Below are positions 13,601 to 25,600 of a stretch of DNA of 64,000 bases, one piece after another. Each line of letters opens with the position of its first letter. The first letter of the stretch is position 1. The translations under genes and the position numbers were made by a program. The DNA is from Vicugna vicugna. Lineage: Eukaryota. The notes under the pieces are model-generated. The model was not told the origin of the DNA, ran no database searches, and worked only from the letters and a program-made list of their open reading frames with translations. The stretch is taken from assembly GCA_013265495.1 (NCBI GenBank), contig MU058213.1, forward strand, positions 3,906,001 to 3,970,000, written 5' to 3'.

Positions 13601-16600
13601 AATATGGGAATTCTGAGTTGGAAGGATCCTGAGATGTCACCCAGATGTCCATGTTAGTTCTTACAGGAACAAAGAGGCACCCATTTAACTATAAACTCGA
13701 TTTACAAGTACCCCTGCCTATAAAGAGACGGTTGCAAGGGGGAATGGAAGAGAGAAACTCCTGGTGTTACGGTGTGGGTCCCTCTTGCCCTTACTGTTGC
13801 AGGTGCAAGTGTACATGACCCAAGACTACCTTTCTTTCATAAAAATAACATTATAAATGAGGATTAAGTTTTTAGGTTAGTCTACATATTTTACTCTACT
13901 TAGAGGCTGAAATACAAGGATTTTTTTTAGAGATGGGTGTTAATGATTATGCACCAATATACAAACCCAAACAATTTATAACATTTTCTACAGAAAAAAA
14001 AACATTCAATTCCAAAAACCAATTTTTAAAATAAACAACCTAAATANNNNNNNNNNNNNNNNNNNNNNNNNNNNNNNNNNNNNNNNNNNNNNNNNNNNNN
14101 NNNNNNNNNNNNNNNNNNNNNNNNNNNNNNNNNNNNNNNNNNNNNNNNNNNNNNNNNNNNNNNNNNNNNNNNNNNNNNNNNNNNNNNNNNNNNNAAAAAA
14201 AAACATCAAATTCCAAACACCAATGTTAAAATAAACAACCTTCATGTGAGCGGTAATGCCACACATTTCTTCTAGATATATACCTAGAAGTAAAATTTGA
14301 GTCATAGGGTAGACTATGTTCAAATTGAATAGAATAATGCCAGTTTTCCAATGCTTTTTCAGATTTTTTCAGATTCATAAACACTGCCTAAATGCTCCCA
14401 CCACTCCAAATCTTCAGTAACACTTTTTAGTCTTAGAAATTTTTAACCACTCTTGTGGGTATTTAATTTATCACTAGGGTTTAATACACATTTCCCTAAT
14501 CCTAAGGGAACTGAGACCTTTTCATATGCTTGAGTCATTTATATATCTTCTGTGAAGTTCCTGTTCAATACTTTGTTAATCTTTTTTCATTTTTATACTG
14601 GTTTGTCTACTTTTCATTGTTGCATAAAAGTTCTTTATATATTCCGGATATGTCTCTTATTGATTACATGTGCTGCAAATATCTCCTTCTAGTCTGTGGT
14701 TACTCTCATAGTGGTTTCTTGAGATGAAGAGATGTACTCTAACCCATCAATCTTTTTCTCCATTGTCAGTGAATTTTACATCATGTTTTAAGAAATGTGC
14801 CCATCCCACGGACATAAATATTTTTCCTTATATTAGTTTCTCAAAGCGTTATTGTTTTACCATTAACTTTTAAATTGAAAACCTTCAGGAATTGACTTTT
14901 GTGTGTAGTGTGAGGTAGACATCAAGTTAATTTTCTCCCATATGGGTATCTACAGTACTATTTTATAAAAATGTCTGTTTCTGAATGTTCTACAGTACTG
15001 GTTTTGTCATAAAGTGTGTATATGTGCATGAATCTGTTTTTGAATTTTCTATCCAATCCTTCCTCAACTGGAGTTCCATATGAGAACTAAGCCTCACAGA
15101 AAACTGAGTGACTGCATTTTTAATTTTCTCCAAGATGATATATAGCTGGCATTATTTTAGATCCAGAGGAGCTAAGTTAATTCATTACATATAATGGATG
15201 CTTGAGGGCACTAGTGCTTAAAATTTCTGGTTGAGAAGAGCTGCTGTATTCTAGTGCATTGATCCACTGATTTATTCCTCTGTTTATATTGTGCCAAAAC
15301 TACACTGTATTAAATATTGTGGCTTTATAATAAGTATTCATATCCCACAGAAGTTTCCAATTTTGGTCTTCTTAAAGATTGTTTTAGCCATTCCTCCTGT
15401 GTATTTCCATATACATTTTAGAATCAGCTTGCCAAACTTCACAACAAACGAAAGTGACTGAGATTGTACTGAAATTATACATCAACGTGGAGAGTACTGA
15501 CATGTTTACAATACTGAGTCTTCAATAAACATAATATATCCTTCCCATTATTTTAAGTTCCTTAAAAGTCTGTCAATAATGGCTTATATTTGTTTTTGGC
15601 TTGTTACTGAAATTTTCTGCCTCTTTCATTATTTTCTATGTTCTTGTACAAATTATCATTTTAAAAATTTCATTCTCTAATTGTTGCTGATTTACAGAAA
15701 CGGTTATTGTATATTGACTTCACATCCAGCAACACTGCCAAACTTATAATTTATATGTAGAATATTTCGGATTTTCTACATATACAGTCGTATTATTTGT
15801 GAATAATTAAAATTTTATTTCTTTACTGGCAATCCTAACACCTTACATTTAATCTTCATGCTTTACTGCTCTGGTTAGTACGTCCAATACTGTGATTAAC
15901 AGAAGGTGTCACAGAAGGTATTCTTGTCTTCTCAGTGTCAGAGGGAAAGTGTCTAACATTTGCCTTTAAGTATTTAGCAATGTTTTTATAGTCATAGAAG
16001 GATGTTGATTTGTATCAACTAGTTTTTTTCTGCTCATGATTTCTCTATTCTATTCTGTTACTGGGATGAATCACATTTACTGATTTTCTAATGTTAAACC
16101 AACTTTGTATTCTTGGTATAAATTAAATTTGGTCAGATGTGTTATCTTTCTTACATACCCCCGAATTTGATACTGATTAATATATTCCAGATTATAATAG
16201 CTAAATTCATGAGATAGATTAGTCTATAATTTTCTTATAAAATGTAGGTACTGATCTGGTTAAAATAAAATGAGAAGTGTTCCCTCTTTTCTTATTCTGC
16301 CAAACTATGTAAGGTTTGAATGTTTGATGAAACTCACCAGGAGCCACCTTTATAGGTTTCTTTAGGGACAAGGTTAATTATATACAATACCTGTAAATTA
16401 TAAAAAGCTATAAAAAAATTTAGGTTTCCATTTCTACTAGAGCCAGTTTGGAATGTGCTATTTAATAATTTCTCTTAATTTTCAAATTTGCATAAAATTA
16501 TTCACAGTATCCTGTGATTTTCTACAATGATCTCTTATTTGTACGATCTACAGTTATATCCCATTATCCATTCCTAGAACTGGTTGCTTGTACATCCTCT

Positions 16601-19600
16601 TTTACACTTCATCATTCCTGTCAGGGATTATCAATTTTACTAGCCTCTTTCAAGGCACAATTTTTGGCTTTGTTGATTCTACTTTACATTTACATTTCTA
16701 ATTTGCTCATTTCTGCTCTTTATTATTATGCCCTCCTCCTCCATTATTTTTTAATCACTCCAGATGGGAATTTTCTGTTTTCTAATAATTCCAGATGGAG
16801 TCTTCTAATAGTCATTCTAGATTATAAGCTACCCTCAAGAAATAGCTTTAACTACACCCTGTAAGTTTGGAGTTTTTTTAATCTTAGAATCTTTTTATTG
16901 TGATAAAATATATGTAACAGAAGTTTGCCATTTTAACTATTTTTAAGTGTACTGGCATTACTTACATTCATAACATTTGGCAACTGTCAACATTATTTCC
17001 AAAATTTTTTCCCCAGAAGAAATGCTGTACATATTTAAGCAGTAACTCTATTCCTCCCTTCTCTAATTTACTTTTTGTCCCTGTAAGTCTGTCCCTAGAT
17101 ATTTCATGTAAGTGAAATTATACAATATTTGTCCTATTGTTTCTAACATAGCTGGGTTTAAGTTTACACTCGTAGTATTTTATTTCTACTTGTCCTACCA
17201 ATTCTAGGTCCTCTCTTCTCTTCTTTTTGTCTCTCTGTTTGGAGTCCCCTAGACCATCCGCCTAGGTTTGATAATTCACTAGGTGGACTCACAGGACTCA
17301 GCTTATAGTCATACTCATGACTGTAATTTATTACAATGAAGTAGAGAGTAAAACTGACACAGAAAAAAAGCACGTGGGCAAACTGTGGAGGAAATCAGCT
17401 GCATGTTTCCAAAAGTTTTCCCCCAGTGGAGTCACAGGACACGCTTAATTTCCCCAGCAACAAGCTGTGACAACATGTGAGAACTGTCTACCAGCAAAAG
17501 CTCACTAAGCTCACTAGAGACTTAGGGCCCAAGGTTTTCATTAGGGGCTGGTCATGTAGGCACCCCCTGCCTAGCAAGTACCAAAATTCCAGACTATTAG
17601 AAAGAACAGAAGTTCAGCATAAACTATATTGTTTTTCCCAGTTTAGGCACTCTTATCATAAAGTGGTGGGTACCTTCTTGAAATCCAAGTTTCAAGATGC
17701 CAGCCAAGGACCAAACTTGCAAGCAGGACTTTTTAAGGATACTACCTCAAGTGCGTTATGTTAACTCTTTCCTGCACAGCCTCATCATTTTTTATTATCA
17801 CATTTTCCCTCTATTAATTAACCATATATTCTTTTCCACATTTTTATTACAGCTATTACATGTTTGTTTCATGTCTAATAAAATTTGCCCATTTTTTTTT
17901 TACTAAATAGTAAGAGATTCTTGACATAGATTCTTTACCTCCATGTATTTACTTCCTACTCCATTTTTGTCAGTTTGTTATATTTTTAACTCTTTATATA
18001 CTTTAAACTCCAAAGACACTATAGTAAGTGATTAACATATTCAAATTTCACCTAGATTTATTACATATTTGCCTTCCTGAAGTTCTAAAATTAATGCTGG
18101 GATCATTTTCATTCTTGTACCTGAATAAAAACTGCTAGTATTTCCTTGAATGCAGGGTTATCAGTGATCAACCCTCTTTTTGTTTGTCTGAAAATGTTAT
18201 TTTTTAATCCACCTCATCTACTTTAATTTAATAATTAACATCTTGATTATCAGTCTGGAGTACAATCATACTGGATCAGCAGGTTGTTTATTTAATAAGG
18301 GAAGACTATCTCTGGCTTCTTTGAGCTAGTTTTTGCTTAACTTAAAAGCAAGTTATAAATGAGGTACCTTTTTTGCTTTCATAAAACTGTGATAACTATG
18401 AAATAAATATACAGTTGCTCATTATGTAGTAACTAATTATAAGTAACTGTACAACTAATTATAGTTAATGGTTAGTGCTATAATTAAAATAGGATTTCTA
18501 AAACTAGACAGTAAGTTTCCTCAACTCCAGTTAAAAGCTGTGATGAAATTAAATTGTCTTTTAAATATGTGCCTGGATTAAAAAATCACGTGTTCAAAAT
18601 CAAGTAAGTCTCATGACTTTTGTACTTGAACAATTATTTTCAAAATAAACTTCAATGATCTTTTAAAAATTACACTGGGTTTTAAAAATTAACTCCTTTT
18701 AAATGTAAAGAGACTAATCTTGGGGCGGAGGCCAAGATAGAGTAGAAAGATGCTCGTAGCTCACCCTCTCCCACAAATGCACGAAGACTCATGTCCACAG
18801 ACCCACTCAGCCAACCAGAGCACCTGCAGAAATCCTACAGAACATCTTCCTCTTCAAAAGATAGACACGTGAAAAATCTGGTAGGAAAAAGGAAAAAAGA
18901 AACAAGAAAAGGCAAAACAGAGCGGGATGGGTCCCGCGGGGAGGGAGTGGCAAAGGAGGACTGGCTCGTTCACTGGGTCTCCCCTCTCCAACCGATAGGT
19001 CAGCGGGACGGAGGGGGAGCCTCTGAGGCTCAGATCTGTACAGAGCAGCCCTTGATCGACAGAAATAAGTTAAATGGGCACAGAGGGTCCCCGCAACACC
19101 CAGCCCGAGACGCAGCCCAGCAGCTGGGGGTGGAGGCAGGGCCAGGCTGCCGGAGACGGGCGGAGGACTGAGATGGCTGCACTGAGGCAGCCCCAGGGGA
19201 CTGCAGGGGGCTGCATGCTGTGTCTGTGGGTGCACATGGCAGAACCTGGGCCCTCCATGAAACACGGCTGATGTGCCCTGGGGAGAAGGGTGCATACCCC
19301 CATCTCTGAAAACCTGCGGAAAGTTTTCAGGTGAAGAGAGGCGGGGTCAGGCACAGCTACCATATCCTCCAGTGCTTAGCACCCGGGCAGGGATGGGGGC
19401 GAAACCTGCATCCGCACCTAAGGACTTGGCAGCCTCAAGGGCCAGAGACTTGTCTACAGCCCAAGGCAGGTAGGATCCTTCGGTCCTGGTCCCTCAGAGA
19501 ACTTGCTCCACCAAGACAAACAAGGAGCTGGGTTTTGGCCAGGAGCAGGGACAGGGCTGTTCCTCGGTCTTTCCCAAGCCCACCTGCGGAGCACCAACCC

Positions 19601-22600
19601 GAGGCAGAGCGCATAGCGGCACAGAGCAGTGGAGCCATGGGCGCCGGGAGAGGGCGGGTGGCCCCCCACCTTTCGGGCAGGAACTTAGCCCCTGACCAAG
19701 GTGCTGGGAGGGGGCACAACCCCCTCTCCTACCTGGCCAGTCTGCAACATCTGACTGCGGCATTGGGAGGGGCAGTGACCCACCTGCCCACAGCAAAGGA
19801 AAGCTGCACCTGACCCTGTGTTAGAAGGAGGCACGATCTGCTTGCAGACAGGCACTAGGAGCAGCACAGATGAGGGTGCCAACGGAGGGCCTCTGGAAAC
19901 AACAAGTTGAGATCCCGAAACAGGACGAAGACAGAAAGACTTCACATTAAAAGCACACAGTCTCCAGGAGAACATCGACTCCCCCTTCTTTTTTTTAAAT
20001 CTGTTTTTACCTGTTCTATTTTCTTCCTTTCAATTAATTTTTACTTCTTAAACAATTATATAGACCCCCAGTTTTAATCCCTTTTAAATGTTTTAAAAAA
20101 TATTATTATTTTAAAAAATTCTGCTTCAGCGTGCTCTTCTATTATTCATTATACACTGTTTTCAAACCTTTTTTTCTCCTTTCTTTTAAAATTCTTTCTC
20201 TTTTTTTTTTCTGTTTTATTCCTACATAGACATTAGATAGATAAACTCCTTAAGGACAATAGATAGCTGATATACCATAAACCACAGTGCCAGAGAGCAG
20301 AAAAACCATTCCCAATTAAAAGAACAAGAGAAATGCCCTGAAAGAACGATCAATGAAATAGACATCGATAGCCTACTAGATCAAGATTTCAAAAAAGGAG
20401 TGATCAAAGTACTGAAGGAACTAAAAGAGACAGTGTTTAGAGATACAAAATATGTCAGAAATGAAATTGAAGCTATAAAGAAGAGCCAAGTAGAATTGGT
20501 AAACTCATTGGCTGAGATGAGGAATGATCTAAAGGCTGTGCAAAGCAGAACAGATAATGCAGAGGAAAGAATTAGTGACCTAGAAGACAGGACAACAGAA
20601 AGCACCCAATCAGAAGAGAGCTACAAGATAAACAAAAACAAATGAAAATAGCATAAGGGACCTAAGGGATAATATAAAGTATGCCAATCTTTGCATAATA
20701 GGGGTCCCAGAAGGGGAAGAAAGATCAAAGGGGATTGAAAAGGTTTTTGAAGAGTGAGTTACAAGGGAACCCCTATAAGGCTCTCAGCTGATTTCTCTAC
20801 ACAAACACTACAGGCCAGAAGGGAGTGGCAAGATACAGTCACAGTCCTGAATGAAAAAAAGATGCAGCCTAGGATATTCCATCCAGCAAGGCTACCCTTT
20901 AGGATAGAAGGAGAGATAAAGAATTTCACAGACAAGAAAAAGCTGCAGGAGTTTAGCAACACTAAACCCATGCTAAAAGAAATATTGAAAGGTCTACTCT
21001 AAATAGAAAAGTAGCAGGATGCTACAGAAATGAGAAACTCACAACTGGAGAGGTGATAACTCATGAATTACAAAGAAAATAAACACAAAATTATAAAAGA
21101 AGACATACAAATCATTGAGAGTAAGACAGGAAGGCAGGAAAATATAGAATTTTTTTCTTTCTTTTTTAAATTTTTTGTTCTCAGTAGGATGGGTTTGAGA
21201 TCATGTTACTATCAGTTTAATAAAAACAGTTATACTAATGGGCTAATAGTCTTACAAAAAAAGGGTAACCACAAGCCAAAAACTTACAAGGGAGTCACAA
21301 AAACTAAATAAAATCCATGATAATACAAACAAAAATTACCAAACCACAAAAGGAAGAAGAAAGGAACAAAGAGGAAATACCAGATCAACTACAAAGATAA
21401 GTTTAAAATGGCAATAAACACACACCTACCATTAATTACTGTAAATGTTAATGGACTAAATGCTCCAGCCAAAATACAGAGTGGCAGATAGGATAATAAA
21501 GGAAGAACCTTCAATATGCTGCATACCAGAGACCTACTTTAGGGAGAAGGACACATATAGATTGACAGTGAAAGGATGGAAAAGGATATTCCATGCAAAT
21601 GGAAAAGCCAAAAAAGCAGGTGTTGCAGTACTGATTTCAGACAAAATAGACTTTAAAACAAAGGCCATAAAGAAAGATAAAGGAGGACATTTTATAATGA
21701 TTAAAGGAGTGATACAAGATGAAGGATATTACATAATATATATGCACCCAATATAGGAGCACCTAAAGTACACAGAACAATTACTAACAGAGATAAAGAG
21801 GGATATTGATGGGAATACAATCATAGTTGGAGATTTTAACACTGCATTAACATCACTAGACAGATCTTCCAGACAGAAAATAAACAAGGCAACAGAGAAA
21901 TTAAATACTACAACAGAAAAACTACATTTGGTGGATATTTTCAGAGCATTACACCCCTCAAAAATAGGATATACATTCTTTTCAAGTGCACATGGAACAT
22001 TTTCCAGATTGATCATGTACTTGGGCACATAAGAAACCTCAGCAATTTTAAGATAGAAATTATCTCAAGCATCTTTACTGACCACAATGCCATTAAACTA
22101 GAAATCAACAGAGAAACAAAGGAGAACAAAAAGAAAGCATGGAGATTAAACAATATGTTATTAAAAAACCAATAGGTCAATGAGGAAATCAAAGCTAAAA
22201 TTAAAAAATACCTTGAGACAAATGAAAACGAAAGCACAATCACACAAAATTTATGGGACACAGCAAAGGCAGTGCTAAGAGGGAAGTTTATAGCGATACA
22301 GGCCTTACTTCCTCAAAAAAGAACAATCTCAAATAAACAATTTAACCCACCAGCTGAAAGAACTAGAAAAAAGAACAAAAAACCCCAAAAGACAGCAGAA
22401 GGAAGGAAATTATAAAGATTAGGGAGAAAATAAATAAAATACACATTAAAAAAACCATAGAAAAAATCAATCAAACCAAAAGCTGGTTTTTTGAAAAAGT
22501 AAATAAAATGACGAACCTCTGGGCAAACTCACAAAGAAGAAAAAAGAGCACAAATTAGCAAAATAAGAAAGGAAAATGGAGAAATTACAACAAATAACAT

Positions 22601-25600
22601 AGAAATACAGAATATCATATGAGAATATTATGAAAAACTATATGGAAACAAACTGGATAACCTAGAGGAGATGGACAAGTTTCTGGAAACATACTGTCCA
22701 CCAAGACTGAATCAAGAAGAAACTGACCACTTGAACAAACTGATCACTAGAAATGAAATCGAAATAGCAATAAAAAAAAACCTCCCTACAAATAAAAGTC
22801 CAGGACCAGACGGCTTCACCGGGGAATTCTACCAAACATACAAAGAAGAACTCATACCAGTCCTTCTCAAAATCTTCCAGAAGACTGAAAAGGAGAGAAT
22901 ACTCCCAAACTCATTCTATGAAGCCACCATCACCCTGATACCAAAACCAGGCAAAGACACTACCGAAAAAGAGAATTGTAGGCCAATATCACTGATGAAC
23001 ATAGACGGCAAAATCCTCACCAAAATATTAGCAAATAGAATCCAACAACACATAAAAAAGATCATACATCATGACCAAGTGGGGTTCATCCCAGGGACAC
23101 AAGGGTGGTTCAATATACGCAAATCAATCAATGTAATACATCACATCAACAAGAGAAAGGACAAAAAACACATGATCATCTCAATAGATGCAGAAAAAGC
23201 ATTTGATAAAATTCAACACCCATTTATGATAAAAAAAACTCTCACCAAAGTGGGTATAGAGGGAACATAATAAAAGCTATATATGACAAACCTACAGCCA
23301 GCATAGTACTCAACAGTGAAAAACTCAAAAGCTTCCCACTAAAATCTGGGACAAGACAAAGATGCCCACTATCACCACTCCTATTCAAGTCTTGGAAGCC
23401 CTAGCCACAGCAATCAGACATGAGAGAAATAAAAGGGATCCAAACTGGAAAAGAAGAGGTAAAAGTGTCACTATATGCTGATGACACATTACTATATATA
23501 GAAAACCCTAAAAGGTCCACACAAAAACTACTAGAGCTGATAGAAGAATTCAGCAAGGTAGCAGGTTACAAGATTAACGTTCAAAAATCAGTTGCATTTC
23601 TTTACACTAATGATGAATCAACAGAAAAAGAAAGTAAAGAAACAATCCCCTTTAAAATATCACCCAAAGTAATAAAATACCTAGGAATAAATCTAACCAA
23701 GGAGGTGAAAGAATTATACACAGAAAACTATAAACCATTGATGAAGGAAATTAAAGAAGACTTTAAAAAATGGAAAGATATTCCATGCTCTTGGATTGGA
23801 AGAATCAATATTGTTAAAATGGTCACACTGCCCAAGGCAATCTACAGATTTAATGCAATCCCTATCCAATTACCCAGGACATATTTCACAGAACTAGAAC
23901 AAATCATAATAAAATTTATATGGAACCATCAAAGACCTAGAATTGCTAAAGCATTACTGAAGAGAAAGAAAGAGGCTGGAGGAATAACTCTCCCAGACTT
24001 CAGACAATACTATAGAGCTACAGTCATCAAGACAGCATGGTATTGGTACAAAAACAGACATATACACCAATGGAACAGAACAGAGAGCCCAGAAATGAAC
24101 CCACAAACTTTTGGTCAACTAATCTTTGACAAAAGAAGCAAGAATATACAATGGAATAAAGACAGTCTCTTCAGCAAATGGTGTTGGGAAAACTGGACAG
24201 CAGCATGTAAAACAATGAAGCTAGAACACACCCTTACACCATATACAAAAATCAACTCAAAATGGATTAAAGACTTAAACATAAGACAAGATACAATAAA
24301 CCTCCTAGAGGAAAACATAGGCAAAACATTATCTGACATACATTTCAAAAATTTTCTCCTAGAAGAAATAAAAGCAAGAATAAACAAATGGGACCTAATG
24401 AAACTTACAAGCTTCTGCAGAGCAAAGGAAACCAGAAATAAAACAAGAAGAAAACCTACGGAATGGGAGAAAATTTTTGCAAGTGAAACCGACAAAGGCT
24501 TGATCTCCAAAATATATAAGCAGCTCATACGACTCAATAAGAAAAAAATAAACAACCCAATCCAAAAATGGGCAGAAGACCTAAACAAGCAATTCTCCAA
24601 GGAAGACATACAAATGATCAATAGGCACATGAAAAAATGCTCAATATCACTAATTATCAGAGAAATGCAAATCAAAACTACAATGAGGTATCACTGTTGG
24701 CCCCTGACTGTGGGAACCAAGGAATGAGCCTTGGGCTGGTATGGTAAACAAGTTATAAAAAGCTGCAGACTCAGAGGTGAGAATGCTGGCTAGCCAAGGA
24801 CAGGTAAGATCCCCAGAGGGGAGCAACCCAAGACAGGCACAGCCACCTGAGTCCAACAAGAATGTTTGAAGCAGCTGTTTCTCATACGTTCCGCCCTGAT
24901 AAGCTGTTAAGGCTCACTGGTGCCAACACAAACATGATTTACCAAAACATAAAGGGTCTTCTGACCTTGAGCCAGATGCTGGCTGTTTTCCCTTGTCATT
25001 CTTCTTTGCTATATAAGACTGTGCAACTTAATAAAGCTTCAGAGTAGCCATCAGCTCTCTCTGCATACGGTGTGTATGTGTACATGGTATCACGATACTG
25101 ACAATCACCTCACACCAGTCAGAGTGGCCATCATTCAAAAATTCACAAATGACAAATGCTGGAGAGACTGTGGAGAAAAGGGAACCCTCCTGCACTGCTG
25201 GTGGGAATGCAGTTTGGTGCAGCCACTGTGGAAAACACTATGGAGATTCCTCAAAAGACTAAAATTAGACTTACCATATGACCCAGGAATCCCACTCCTG
25301 GGCATATATCCAGAAGGAACCCTACTTCAGGATGACACCTGCACCCCAACGTTCATAGCAGCACTTTTTACAATAGCCAAGACATGGAAACAGCCTAAAT
25401 GTCCATCAACAGATGACTGGATAAAGAAATTGTGGTATATTTATACAATGGAATACTACTCAGCCATAAAAACCGACAACATAATGCCATTTGCAGCAAC
25501 ATGGATGCTCCTGGAGAATGTCATTCTAAGTGAAGTAAGCCAGAAAGAGAAAGAAAAATACCATATGAGATAGCTCATATGTGGAATCTAAAACAAAGCA

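Noticed and set aside
18791..19975. Cluster of overlapping GC-rich ORFs resembling a second CpG-island gene
   Set aside because: Lies within the L1 5' UTR bounded by the element's TSD; ORFs are expected in GC-rich sequence and resemble no protein I recognise.
23420..24727. 435-aa ORF, the longest in the window
   Set aside because: It is a fragment of L1 ORF2p (RT region onward) that ends inside the inserted LTR. Upstream ORF2 is frameshifted and ORF1 is deleted, so it is neither a host gene nor an active L1.
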